Part shown: positions 19,199 to 29,320 of the stretch, piece after piece
Numbering within the stretch: the stretch's first letter is position 1
How the letters are laid out: the number at the start of each line of letters is the position of its first letter
Source of the DNA: a virus
Taxonomy: Duplodnaviria > Caudoviricetes
Virus record (IMG/VR): IMGVR_UViG_3300037400_001617
DNA: 64,000 nucleotides
Direction: 5' to 3' (one strand)
The notes under the pieces: model-generated
Seen by the model: the letters and a program-made list of their open reading frames with translations, nothing else
Databases searched by the model: none
What the model was told of the DNA's origin: nothing
Made by a program: the position numbers and the translations under genes

Positions 19199-19804
19199 TT
19201 AGTCCTCTACTTCAGTTCCAGGGAGTCTTCCCTGGAAGAAGGAGAACTTATTTGCATCGAGACACCCGTAAAAATTACAGGAGTCTCCGTTATAGTTGAA
19301 GCATGCAATATTCCAGTACTTATCTGTGAGATGAGTAATGGATACTAAAAGAAGGCACGCAGCCTTCTTCATGATAAGCGGAATTGATTTCCACCATACA
19401 TTTACAATCTCATCCTCAAAGATTACTTCTGCCAGAGGTATCTCCTTAATGAAATTGTCCTTGGTGTTCTTCTCGATGGCCTGTACGCAAAGACCAAGGT
19501 CTGTCGAAAATCTTTTTGAAGTTACCACCGCTAAGGAGTTAATCACTCCATACGGATCCCCGTCTCTTATTGCGTCTATTAAAGTATCGATGCTTTTCGT
19601 AAAACTTACCCTGTTAAGGCACGAATCCTCAACAGGCTGTCCTGTTCCAGTTATATAATATTCCCCTGTTTCATGGTCGAACTTTGTTACAAGTTCGAAA
19701 AGAATAGACTTGATCTGTGCATTTGTGAATGTCTCTGCTGGCATTACTTTTGCGATCTCGTTTACTGCTGTAGCCTCATTAGCCTTCTTTGTGTTGTTTC
19801 TCAT
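19199..19804 (-). CDS. Orphan protein (201 aa) without an obvious SD
   Basis: Long ORF under a bipartite promoter, flanked by structured 5' and 3' UTRs. Confidence 0.6.
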   Translation of the reverse strand: MRNNTKKANEATAVNEIAKVMPAETFTNAQIKSILFELVTKFDHETGEYYITGTGQPVEDSCLNRVSFTKSIDTLIDAIRDGDPYGVINSLAVVTSKRFSTDLGLCVQAIEKNTKDNFIKEIPLAEVIFEDEIVNVWWKSIPLIMKKAACLLLVSITHLTDKYWNIACFNYNGDSCNFYGCLDANKFSFFQGRLPGTEVED

Positions 19805-19807
19805 AAT

Positions 19808-19985
19808 TCAAGCTCAGTAGGTGCTACACCTTTGACAGAGGTCAAGCTGAGCATAATGTAGTTTCCTTTGGAAACGCCCATTCATAGGGGCACACCCTTT
19901 TTCATGAATGCAGGGATCCTGCTTCTCCATGCAGGATCATAGAATTTTTGCATCCATGGTATGGAGTTAATCAATTCTCTCATAC
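19808..19985 (-). ncRNA. Candidate structured leader RNA
   Basis: GATCCTGC/GCAGGATC hairpin; CATTCAT/ATGAATG stem; three-way junction GCTCAG[TTGAC/GTCAA][AGGTG/CACCT]CTGAGC at 19812-19852. Confidence 0.5.
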
Positions 19986-19991
19986 ACCTCA

Positions 19992-20023
19992 ATGATATAC
20001 AACCATCTTAGCTAACTTTTACG
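19992..20023 (-). promoter_or_regulatory. Bipartite early-type promoter CGTAAAAGT-N15-TATATCAT
   Basis: Second copy of the bipartite motif. Confidence 0.7.
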
Positions 20024-20086
20024 ATAGCCACTACATATATATAATCAGTGCCTACACGGGCACTTAAAATAAAGGAGGACACACAT

Positions 20087-20911
20087 ATGCCACTCGGTAA
20101 TAATTCCTACAACAAAGGCAATTCAAACGGAAAGAAGAACGACTTCTCTCCAACTACTTACTCTAGCGTCAAAATCTCTAACTTTGACTCTGGTGTAGAT
20201 CCATCATCAGTATCCTTTTCATTCTGGAAGGGAATGCTCAGAATAACAATCACCCCTATCAAGAAGAGTGCAGACGGAGGTTATAACTTCGATAAGGACA
20301 ACGCCACAGAAGTTTATCTCACTCCTACCAGAGCAGCTCTCTTCCTTAACTATCTTAAGCTCTTCAGAAAAGATCCCAATGCTTACGTTAACGTAGGTGT
20401 TACTGCAGGAAACTCTATCATCTACGTAACTAACGGTGCAGAGGAGTTCGACGAGCAGGACGGCAATGGACTTTTCCTTATTATAAAGAATCTTGATGAT
20501 AAGGGAAACATAGATTCCGAAATCGCTTACCAGTTCAGAACTACACCTGACAAGGATAACTTCGGTATCCTCAACTACAAAGGCGGTACAGATTTCAGTA
20601 AGGACTATGAGTACACAAAGTTCCTCGACTATGATATCTTTACCAACACAGTAGCTCAGTACGTTAACGGCAACAGTAGTGCAGTTGCAGCTACAGTTGT
20701 TGACGCTACAAGGTTCTCATTCAACAGTATCATCAGCAAGCTGACAAGCATTCAGGAGAATCTCGGCATTGATACTGGAAGCGGATACAAGAGAAAGTCG
20801 AATGCATCGACATTCTTCTCAAATAACGGCAACGAGTCTTCATCTTCGTCTATTCATGGTAGCGACAAGATCGAAGAAGTTGACGACTACAATGATCTCA
20901 TAGACATGTAA
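20087..20911 (+). CDS. Putative single-stranded DNA-binding protein
   Basis: Beta-rich core, Ser/Asn linker, acidic-hydrophobic tail (EEVDDYNDLIDM); heads the chaperonin-containing cluster. Confidence 0.45.
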   Translation: MPLGNNSYNKGNSNGKKNDFSPTTYSSVKISNFDSGVDPSSVSFSFWKGMLRITITPIKKSADGGYNFDKDNATEVYLTPTRAALFLNYLKLFRKDPNAYVNVGVTAGNSIIYVTNGAEEFDEQDGNGLFLIIKNLDDKGNIDSEIAYQFRTTPDKDNFGILNYKGGTDFSKDYEYTKFLDYDIFTNTVAQYVNGNSSAVAATVVDATRFSFNSIISKLTSIQENLGIDTGSGYKRKSNASTFFSNNGNESSSSSIHGSDKIEEVDDYNDLIDM

Positions 20912-20966
20912 CAAAGATAGGGATGTGAAAACATCCCTATCCTTCTCTTTGAAATGGAGTGATACT

Positions 20967-21491
20967 ATGTTTAAGAGAATACTCAATAGGATCAAAAGAA
21001 AGCCTCTAACCAGAGAGGAAGAACTTAAACGTAAATACAGGGGTATGACACGAGATGAGATTATCGAATATCTATGTATGAACGAGAGGTTCGAAGAACT
21101 TAAAGAGATGCATCACTATTGGTTCGCCAATAGCGAGACCAAAGAACTTTGTTCTGTATTCGAAGGATGTCCGATATCGTTCTTTATGGAGTACATGGCG
21201 ATGCATAAGAACGAGAAGTATAAGCATGATGCTATATCACTGTATGACGAAGACCGTAGAAATATATTCTTCTGGGAAGGTGGTACTAGAATGCCATACT
21301 ATCCAGACAACTACATCATCACCAAACTCTACTATACAGGATTAACTTCTGGATTCTATGGTAGGGTTAAGAAGGTTGAATACGAAGAGATAATAAATAC
21401 AATCAAAAAGATGCCTGTAACGAAAGCAAGCCTAAAGTATCTATCTCAGATAGTTCATGATACCTTAAAAGGAGGATTGGATGAAAGTTAA
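20967..21491 (+). CDS. Hypothetical protein
   Basis: SD GGAGTG; overlaps the next start. Confidence 0.65.
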   Translation: MFKRILNRIKRKPLTREEELKRKYRGMTRDEIIEYLCMNERFEELKEMHHYWFANSETKELCSVFEGCPISFFMEYMAMHKNEKYKHDAISLYDEDRRNIFFWEGGTRMPYYPDNYIITKLYYTGLTSGFYGRVKKVEYEEIINTIKKMPVTKASLKYLSQIVHDTLKGGLDES

Positions 21492-21990
21492 AGATATAAT
21501 CCCTTTACTCAAGACATGTAAGGGTAAAGAGAACGAAGAGGTAAACTTCTTTATTAGTACATACGAAAGAATGTACGGAGAAGACCTTTGTACTAACACG
21601 TTAAGCGGACTACCTATAGCAAATGAAGAGACTCTTAGCTATTTCAACGAAAGTGAAGTAGCTGCTATAGATTCAGACGAAAAACACATGATTACTATAT
21701 ACATCAAAGAGAATGAAGAACAGCTTAATGCCAACTTCGTAGGAAGACCATTATCTGACTTCATAGACTTTATGCAATGTATATCTGGTAGTGTGTACTA
21801 TCATTATGACTTTGAAGTATATAACGATAGTATGCTTCATACTAGATCATATGTGAGAGTAGATCATGCTTATGATGAAGCTCTATCAGAAGTCAAGCCA
21901 GATAAAATCAATGCTTTCTTAGAGCATAGTGTAATAACCCATATATCTGAAGAGTCTCAATCGTATCAGCTTTACATAACCGTAAAGTGA
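21481..21990 (+). CDS. Hypothetical protein with a possible internal duplication
   Basis: SD AGGAGG; both halves end in similar V/I..I..E....I/LYI..K segments. Confidence 0.65.
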   Translation: MKVKDIIPLLKTCKGKENEEVNFFISTYERMYGEDLCTNTLSGLPIANEETLSYFNESEVAAIDSDEKHMITIYIKENEEQLNANFVGRPLSDFIDFMQCISGSVYYHYDFEVYNDSMLHTRSYVRVDHAYDEALSEVKPDKINAFLEHSVITHISEESQSYQLYITVK

Positions 21991-22005
21991 TAAGGAGGAA
22001 TGACA

Positions 22006-22701
22006 ATGGACAACAAAGCTCACCAGCAGAAGATTACAAACATGGTCATTGATGCTAAGTGTATTCTTGACTATGACCTCACGATCATGAAGATCTTCCA
22101 GTTCAACTACAACCATCCAGACTATGTGGATCAGGAAGTTATGCATTATTCTCTTGGACAGCTTAAGAACGCTCTTGTAAAGCGCAAGGATGCTAATCCT
22201 CTGACTATATGTATCCCTGAGACAGCTATGGATAGAGCAAACATTGAACAGATTCTTGAAGACATCTATAAGAACAATGAGTATGATATCTTCAAGTATA
22301 TCACTGTTACTGGAACTAGTAAGCTCATCTACATGATGCAGAATCATAGTTCTTTCGATGTAACTGTGGTGTGTAAAGATGAAACCGAGAAGGGTCTTAT
22401 AGAAGGACGTACCAAGTCTTTCAAGACTGTAATCGGATACGACTCTATCGATCCCAAAAACTTCAATGGATTCATGTTCAAGGATATCAGAGATGTCTTT
22501 GCTCTCCCATATAAACTTGAGAAGAAGACTCTCTTCTTCCAGAACTATGAATTCAATATCACTCGTGATACTGATGGAACACCGTTTCCCAATGCAGAGT
22601 ATGCGGTAGCATTAATGCGAGAAGGAAACTACCCAATACTTGTAGAAGTGTATGATCATACTACACTCGAATCTCTTTCTAAACAGCAAACAAGTCAATA
22701 A
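22006..22701 (+). CDS. Hypothetical protein, possibly a degenerate HAD fold
   Basis: N-terminal VIDAKCILDYD loosely resembles the HAD DxD.vL.D motif. Confidence 0.6.
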   Translation: MDNKAHQQKITNMVIDAKCILDYDLTIMKIFQFNYNHPDYVDQEVMHYSLGQLKNALVKRKDANPLTICIPETAMDRANIEQILEDIYKNNEYDIFKYITVTGTSKLIYMMQNHSSFDVTVVCKDETEKGLIEGRTKSFKTVIGYDSIDPKNFNGFMFKDIRDVFALPYKLEKKTLFFQNYEFNITRDTDGTPFPNAEYAVALMREGNYPILVEVYDHTTLESLSKQQTSQ

Positions 22702-22723
22702 TCAATCAAAAGGAGGAAATGCT

Positions 22724-24457
22724 ATGATAAGCAGCAATATAGTTGAAAAGGATACTCTTAGAAGAGTTCAGCTCGAAACACTTGAAGCTCTTCACAGATA
22801 CCTTTCACAGTCATTCGGACCATACGGTTCAAACACCATCCAGTATAAGAAAGAGGGTTATCCTCGTTACACTAAGGACGGTCACACAATTCTTAAGTCA
22901 ATCATGTTCTGCGGCGAGATCGAGCAGGCAGTACTTGCAGACATCGAAGAAGAGACAAGAGCACAGGCTAAGAGAGTCGGTGACTCTACAACCTCTGTTA
23001 CTATTCTCTCATATCTTATATTCAAGAAGCTTACTGAGAGAATCGAAAGTCAGTTCACAAAGACACCTCCTGCAGACATTGTAAGAGCTCTCAAGGAAGT
23101 TGTAGATGCAGCATCTACAATCATCAAGGCTCACGGCAGAGAAGTTACTCTTGACGATATCCGTAAGATCTCACTCATCTCTACAAACAATGACGAGAAG
23201 CTTGCAGAAGAGATCGTTAACGTTCATAAGGATCTCGGTCTTAACGCATACATCGACGTTATGGCTGGTTCTGGAGAAGAGTTCGTTCGTAAGACATACG
23301 ACGGCATGTTCTTCGACTGTGGTTACCACGATGCATGTTTCATCAACATGCCTGAAAAGTCTGTAAACAGACTTGAGAATCCTCGTATCTACTACTTCGA
23401 AGATCCTATTGACACTGTAAACTACGGCGAGCTGTTCGATACAATCATTGCTCACAACATCATCAATCCGATCAATGAGATGAACAGCAATCGTCCTAAC
23501 AACAATGAGATTCCTCAGATCATTCCTACAGTCATCATAGCTCCTAAGATCGTAAGAGACTATGCTCGTACTCTCGAGGTTGTAATGAACTACTGTGCTA
23601 AGTTCACTCAGGCTAATCTCCCTAACACTATCCCGCTCAACATCATCACTGGTGTTACGGATACTGATAAGGTGTACCTGAAGAACATACTCAATCTCTG
23701 CGGAGTTCCTACTATCAACAAGTATGACGACGCTAAGGCTGAAGCAAGAGACCAGAAAAACGGCACTGCTCCTTCAATCAAGAATGTATGGGAGTGGTAC
23801 GGTACTGCAGGTTGCGTAGAGTCTGGTGCATTCTCTACAAAGCTTATCGATCCTAAGAACTACAAGAATGAAGATGGTACATATACAGACGTCTTCAATG
23901 CAGTTCTGAATGATCTCGATGCTCGTATCGCTGAGCTTGAAAAGCAGCACAACGAAACTCTCAAGATCTACCAGTACAAGAAGCAGAAAAACTCACTTCT
24001 CGGTAACATGGTAGAACTCTATGTAGGCGGTATCACTATCGCTGACAGAGATCAGGTAAGAGACCTTGTTGAAGATGCTGTTCTCAACTGTCGTTCAGCA
24101 GTAAATGAAGGCGTTGGCTACGGTGCTAACTTCGAAGGACTCAGAGCATTCAAGGCTCTCATGGATGTATCACTCGGCGATGGCTCTCTCAAGGAAGAAA
24201 TCGTTAAGTGCTTCTATGAAGCATACAAAGAAATCTCTGAGCTTCTCTACAGATATATGGATGATCCTGAGGGTAAGGTTGCACTTTCTCTCGCACAGGA
24301 TTGTCCGTTCGATGTAAGAACTGGTGAGAAGGGTGAGAACGTTCTCTCCTCTATCGATACTGATATTTGTGTACTCAACAGTATCTCAAAGATCATCTCA
24401 CTGATGGTTACTGCTAACCAGTTCCAGATGTCTAATCTCAATATCAACAAGTATTGA
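22724..24457 (+). CDS. groEL: Phage GroEL-like chaperonin
   Basis: FGPYGSN, TKDGHTILK, VGDSTTS, VGG...DLVEDAV and EGVGYG equatorial-domain motifs; ~577 aa. Confidence 0.92.
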   Translation: MISSNIVEKDTLRRVQLETLEALHRYLSQSFGPYGSNTIQYKKEGYPRYTKDGHTILKSIMFCGEIEQAVLADIEEETRAQAKRVGDSTTSVTILSYLIFKKLTERIESQFTKTPPADIVRALKEVVDAASTIIKAHGREVTLDDIRKISLISTNNDEKLAEEIVNVHKDLGLNAYIDVMAGSGEEFVRKTYDGMFFDCGYHDACFINMPEKSVNRLENPRIYYFEDPIDTVNYGELFDTIIAHNIINPINEMNSNRPNNNEIPQIIPTVIIAPKIVRDYARTLEVVMNYCAKFTQANLPNTIPLNIITGVTDTDKVYLKNILNLCGVPTINKYDDAKAEARDQKNGTAPSIKNVWEWYGTAGCVESGAFSTKLIDPKNYKNEDGTYTDVFNAVLNDLDARIAELEKQHNETLKIYQYKKQKNSLLGNMVELYVGGITIADRDQVRDLVEDAVLNCRSAVNEGVGYGANFEGLRAFKALMDVSLGDGSLKEEIVKCFYEAYKEISELLYRYMDDPEGKVALSLAQDCPFDVRTGEKGENVLSSIDTDICVLNSISKIISLMVTANQFQMSNLNINKY

Positions 24458-24582
24458 GTGGCATACTCCGACCCATAAGGTACTGATGAGTATAAACTAG
24501 GGTACCTGTTCAGATATCCCTCTCTCGGACATATGTGTGGGTATCGTTGGGGCTAGTGTCCTTTCAACACCATTCGAAGAGG

Positions 24583-24609
24583 TGGGTAGGGAGTTTATCT
24601 CCCTACCCA
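24583..24609 (+). terminator. Hairpin downstream of the chaperonin gene
   Basis: TGGGTAGGGAG-tttat-CTCCCTACCCA. Confidence 0.6.
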
Positions 24610-24675
24610 TTCTCTCTAATCAACTCTTACCGAACGTCTAACTTTACTATAACTGATTTAATGGAGGTGTACGAT

Positions 24676-25458
24676 ATGAGTAAACTGAGACTCACGTTTG
24701 ACGAATACATTAAGAACCCTTCTGGTAAGGGATCATCAATTAACACTTCTAGAGATACAACTGCTCAGTTCTATCAGACTAAATACGATGCATTGGTAGC
24801 TAGAGATGGTCTGGTGAAATATGAAGTCTATAGAACTGCATCAGATGTGTACTACATACATTTCCATATCCCATCGAATTCTACTAAGGGATTCTTTTAC
24901 GATACTGTAGTCGAACTCAACCCTAGCAACTCGACTACCAAGGGAAACGTAAAGTCCTACTTCGTCAGATTTTATGCAAACGATCCCAACTTCAACTTCA
25001 CTCATGCTCATGCTTACTATACACATGGTTTGATTATACCAGAGCTTGATAAGAAGCTCTCGTTGCAAGTAAAAACAAGCAAAGCTAACACCCGTAACCC
25101 AGATAATGCTGTAGGTTATGTACAGAGTATATATTTTGCTTATCTTACCATGCAAAAGGACAATCTGTTCGATAAAGGGATTCTTGATAGAAAGGCTTCT
25201 GTTGGAGGAGTTAGTAGATTCTCTAAGGATGTCCTTACTTATAAAGACAAGGAAAAGGAAAGAACCAAGTTTATAGAAGACCAAAAACGAAAGGCAGCTC
25301 CTGCAGGAAAGGAGGAGCTTAAGCCTAAAGTGATTTCGTCAAGATTCATTGGTAATGGCCTCTCTCATATACCAGTAGTCTCAAAAATCACTAAGACTTC
25401 TAAGTCATCTTCCGCTATAAAGAATACTCGAACCTCTAAGACTACAAAGAGGAGATAG
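24676..25458 (+). CDS. Hypothetical basic late protein
   Basis: SD GGAGGTG; AACTttactaTA at 24640-24651; Lys/Ser/Thr-rich tail. Confidence 0.7.
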   Translation: MSKLRLTFDEYIKNPSGKGSSINTSRDTTAQFYQTKYDALVARDGLVKYEVYRTASDVYYIHFHIPSNSTKGFFYDTVVELNPSNSTTKGNVKSYFVRFYANDPNFNFTHAHAYYTHGLIIPELDKKLSLQVKTSKANTRNPDNAVGYVQSIYFAYLTMQKDNLFDKGILDRKASVGGVSRFSKDVLTYKDKEKERTKFIEDQKRKAAPAGKEELKPKVISSRFIGNGLSHIPVVSKITKTSKSSSAIKNTRTSKTTKRR

Positions 25459-25521
25459 ATTATATACTATAGATGAGTCCAGAGCATCAACTATACCGCT
25501 CTGGTTAAGGAGGATATACAC

Positions 25522-27207
25522 ATGATACAGCCAACAACAATCAACAACCCTTACGCCTACTATAACTTCTTACACCCGCAGAAGTATAATGTAGTAGGAA
25601 TCGCCAATGATGAACAAGCAATCTATAATCTGTTCACGTATTTCGAAGTCCCACATTGGGTATCTATCGATAACTGGCTACAAACAGATGATGACATGGT
25701 GTTCTATACAATTAAGAACGCTATAGTCATGCCAACGATCTCTGAGTTCTTTGGAATGAACCCAGCAGATCCAAACACAATAAACGTTAATTCGTTTATG
25801 GTAACTCCTAAGAGGTGTTACAACGGTGACGATCTGCGTCAGCATATCTGTCACTATCTCAATTACTTCTGCAAGTTCTATGATCCTGATAAAGAGCTTG
25901 CTAGTCATTATGTGCGTATGAAGCACATGATTGACTTTGGACTCACCACACTTACTGGTGAGAGACATCCGTATAAAAAGGAAGAGTTTATACTCGACAT
26001 CCGTCGTTATATTCTTGGATCTACTATGTGTGCTAAGGTAGCTAAGATGAACGAGGACAACTACTCGCTCAAGCTTAACTATAAGAACAACACAAACCAG
26101 GCTCTTCAGTATAATGATACGCATGGTAAGATATTCATGGAGATTAGTGTGTTCATGAATATGCTTATCCCTCTCGTGAGTCACTTTGTGTATAAGTCTA
26201 AGATGACTTCGACACAAGAGATAGACGAACTCTTTCAGACTGTATATCAGTTTCTCTTTGATCGTTATATAAACACTGTAGATCTAAAGGCTAAGCTGTT
26301 TGAGACAGCCAACACGACGATCGCAAGAGATCAGAGAACTAACAAGGATCTTTGGGACAAGAGTGAGATAAGAGGTATGGATATCTCTGTCAACTCTCTC
26401 GATGCTGTAGATACACTTGTACTTCAGGTAATGCCTAAGTACAAATATAACCAGAATATGGTTATGTATAACTTCACATCGATTAGAAATACTGCTATCC
26501 AGTATGCTGTTGGAATAGCATATGAGTATGATTTGGTTCCACTCTCTTCCTCTAAGAGAGATGGTGAAGACTCTACTTCTCAGTTTGATAAGTTTGAGGC
26601 TACACTTGGTAAGGCTGATGAAGCAAAGTTCCTACATAACACTGCTGTCGCTTACACTGTTATGAGGAACATCGAAAGTCATTATGGTCCTTTCCCACAG
26701 GACATGATAGACTTTTACAAGATAGAACTCGGAAAAGGTGCTAAACCCGTCATTAACTCTTTCCAGTATAAACTTATAACAAACTTCTTCGGAAAGCTGT
26801 TTGGATCAGTACTTCCGATGAAGACTATTAATCTTGATGAATACATCGAGCTTATGATATCCACCAAGAAGAATCTCGTAGCTCAGAACTTCTGTATTCT
26901 TCCTGAGATTATTGCTGGAAGAGTAGTAAAGCTTTCAACAAGAACTGTTCTCAGTAAGAAGCATGAAGATATGCTTACTAGCAGTGAGCATTGGGCTCAG
27001 ATAAGACACAAGTATATGGACAATCAGGTGATACTTTCTCGCATCAAAGCTGATTTCGCTGCGTTGATATCTTCTGATTTCCAGCTCATCCGTTATGATC
27101 CTACAACTGGAAAAGGGGACCAGTATAACGGTCAGCCAATAATAATCAACTCTTCTATATCCTACAGGATTGTAGAAGAATTCTTATTATACGAGCTTAT
27201 GGTATAA
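25522..27207 (+). CDS. Candidate promoter-specificity (sigma-like) subunit of the non-virion RNAP
   Basis: 561 aa, helical-looking; TATACTAT at 25463-25470; two genes from the chaperonin, like AR9 gp228/gp226. Function inferred from synteny only. Confidence 0.4.
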   Translation: MIQPTTINNPYAYYNFLHPQKYNVVGIANDEQAIYNLFTYFEVPHWVSIDNWLQTDDDMVFYTIKNAIVMPTISEFFGMNPADPNTINVNSFMVTPKRCYNGDDLRQHICHYLNYFCKFYDPDKELASHYVRMKHMIDFGLTTLTGERHPYKKEEFILDIRRYILGSTMCAKVAKMNEDNYSLKLNYKNNTNQALQYNDTHGKIFMEISVFMNMLIPLVSHFVYKSKMTSTQEIDELFQTVYQFLFDRYINTVDLKAKLFETANTTIARDQRTNKDLWDKSEIRGMDISVNSLDAVDTLVLQVMPKYKYNQNMVMYNFTSIRNTAIQYAVGIAYEYDLVPLSSSKRDGEDSTSQFDKFEATLGKADEAKFLHNTAVAYTVMRNIESHYGPFPQDMIDFYKIELGKGAKPVINSFQYKLITNFFGKLFGSVLPMKTINLDEYIELMISTKKNLVAQNFCILPEIIAGRVVKLSTRTVLSKKHEDMLTSSEHWAQIRHKYMDNQVILSRIKADFAALISSDFQLIRYDPTTGKGDQYNGQPIIINSSISYRIVEEFLLYELMV

Positions 27208-27266
27208 CCACAAATCTGGACAGAGAGATCTTCTCTCTGTCCTCTATTATAAAAAGGAGGACTCAT

Positions 27267-28541
27267 ATGAGACCAAAGATAGGACAGGTCGTACTTATCG
27301 ACCCAGAGGACAAACTCGAACTGAGAGATAAAGAATCTACCGTAGGAACTGTTATCAAGGTAGAACGTAACCAGAGCACACTGTTAATTTCTATAAACCC
27401 AGAGAAGAAGATAACAGTTCCCAACAAGTATCTCTACAAGATAGAAATGGATGAGACTAATCCGCCATACGTTATAGTGGAGAGAACCCTTCCAAGAGTA
27501 CGATTCACTCAGAACGACTTAAACAAGCTTGATACTGTAACAAAACTTATAGAGCACTTGTCTAATAGACTTGCAGAGTTTGTTCCCAGTAACGAGAAGA
27601 GCGAAATGCTCGATGTGTGTGCATTTGCTAAGAGTAATATGCTCTACACTATGAGCAAGATCAATAGACTCATTTCTGGTGAACTGGAGACTGAAGCAAG
27701 GGATATGTTTATCAACAGATTCCACAAGTATGCTGAAGATGATGAAGAGCCAAGAGACATTAAACCTAATGACACACCAAACACAAAGCTTGTACCAGAA
27801 GAAGTCTCAGAGGATTTCGCAAGAGAAATCGTGAACAGATTCTGCAAGTCTGCTGAAGAGGAGGATATCGGTAAGTTTGACGAGGATACTGTGTTCAATA
27901 GCGATATACTCAAATGGACCAAAGAAGCTTCAAACGGAAACGATATGCTTACAAGGATCGTCATGGATCAGTTTAAGGCTAAGATACACTCTACTTCTAT
28001 AGACGTCTTCAACAAACGTGAAACTATCGAACAGCTTTTCGATGAGAAGTGTGAAGAGCTTGTCGGTAAAGAGCACAATATGAGAGAATTGATATCTGCT
28101 ATGGAAATCATATTCAAGAGCAGTACCAAGTCTATAATCAACATCCCGATCCTTATTGTTATGGATCCTCTGGACCTTATAAAGACTCTTATCGAAAGAC
28201 ATCCTACGAAGATCATGACATACCAGGACCTCATAAGCTTTATCAGTGAAGTTGGATCAGTGGAGGAGATCCTTGATGCAGAGGGGCTTCATCTTCCTGA
28301 TGTAGTGAAGAGCATAGCTGTACCAATCTTCCCGTTTAACGATGAGGTTACACCGACCTCTATCATAAGTATACTCAAGGACACTATAACAGCTATCTGT
28401 ACAGAGGTGTCTGAGCATACAGATATCGAGATACTCGACGATGATGAAATAGAAGATGTAGGACTTGACGATACGTTTATGCTACATCTTCCTATACAGA
28501 TTACTACTATGGCAGTCAAGCCATTCGGAGGAGAAGATTGA
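27267..28541 (+). CDS. Hypothetical protein with an SH3/KOW-like N-terminus
   Basis: KIGQVVLI...VGTVIKV; SD AAGGAGG. Confidence 0.65.
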   Translation: MRPKIGQVVLIDPEDKLELRDKESTVGTVIKVERNQSTLLISINPEKKITVPNKYLYKIEMDETNPPYVIVERTLPRVRFTQNDLNKLDTVTKLIEHLSNRLAEFVPSNEKSEMLDVCAFAKSNMLYTMSKINRLISGELETEARDMFINRFHKYAEDDEEPRDIKPNDTPNTKLVPEEVSEDFAREIVNRFCKSAEEEDIGKFDEDTVFNSDILKWTKEASNGNDMLTRIVMDQFKAKIHSTSIDVFNKRETIEQLFDEKCEELVGKEHNMRELISAMEIIFKSSTKSIINIPILIVMDPLDLIKTLIERHPTKIMTYQDLISFISEVGSVEEILDAEGLHLPDVVKSIAVPIFPFNDEVTPTSIISILKDTITAICTEVSEHTDIEILDDDEIEDVGLDDTFMLHLPIQITTMAVKPFGGED

Positions 28542-28542
28542 A

Positions 28543-28779
28543 ATGAATGATTTAGCAAAGAGAATCTATGAAAACCAGGAAGAGTACAACAAACTCTTCC
28601 TCGAACTCACAAGTAAGTTCAAAGACGACAATAACAGTTCGCTATTCGAATCAACCCGTACGACAGAGATAGACAATCTCCTCAAGAGCATCAATGTGGT
28701 TCGTAACAACCTTGAAGTGCTTAAGGGAGTTGAAGCTTATCTGGAAGAACAAGAAAAGAGGATGTATAATCATGGATGA
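28543..28779 (+). CDS. Small coiled-coil protein
   Basis: SD GGAGGAG; coupled to neighbouring genes. Confidence 0.6.
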   Translation: MNDLAKRIYENQEEYNKLFLELTSKFKDDNNSSLFESTRTTEIDNLLKSINVVRNNLEVLKGVEAYLEEQEKRMYNHG

Positions 28780-29029
28780 TATCGAGAAGGAAATCCAGGA
28801 TGGCTTTCTGAGAAACAAGCTTCGTAAAGCTCGAAAGGCTAAGGGTCTTACACAGCAAGAAGCCGCAAACCTTGCAGATATCTCCGCATCTACTGTCTCT
28901 TATATAGAGACTGGTAAGGGAGATTATATGGCATCTAGTCTTCTTAAATATGCAGATGCTCTTGGATATGAAGTATCTATACACAAGAAGGGCGGACCTA
29001 TCGTAGATACTGAAGAACCAGAAGAGTAA
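28772..29029 (+). CDS. XRE/Cro-C1 HTH transcriptional regulator
   Basis: LRKARKAKGLTQQEAANLADISASTVSYIETG...LLKYADALG. Confidence 0.88.
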   Translation: MDDIEKEIQDGFLRNKLRKARKAKGLTQQEAANLADISASTVSYIETGKGDYMASSLLKYADALGYEVSIHKKGGPIVDTEEPEE

Positions 29030-29090
29030 CGATACAATAATCGGAGGAGTCTATCTCCTCCGATCCTTATTTTTAGAGAGGTGATAGATC

Positions 29091-29315
29091 ATGAGACACA
29101 TCATAGTACCAGGAAACAAGGCTAACAGCAAAGTTAAGAAGTTTAAATGTGATATCTGTGGTTGTGAATGGCTTTCAGATGAGTATGAAGAAGATTGGAC
29201 AATACATTCTATACCTGCATATGACAAATGTCCTACATGCAATACCGAAATATTTGCTATAGGAACTTTCATTGATGGTAAAAAGCACTCTCATGTACGT
29301 AACAAGAAGAGGTGA
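29091..29315 (+). CDS. Small zinc-ribbon protein
   Basis: FKCDICGC and CPTC. Confidence 0.7.
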   Translation: MRHIIVPGNKANSKVKKFKCDICGCEWLSDEYEEDWTIHSIPAYDKCPTCNTEIFAIGTFIDGKKHSHVRNKKR

Positions 29316-29320
29316 GCTGA

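Noticed and set aside
24484-24500. Hammerhead ribozyme at CTGATGAG
   Set aside because: No stem II followed by GAAA; the core is incomplete.
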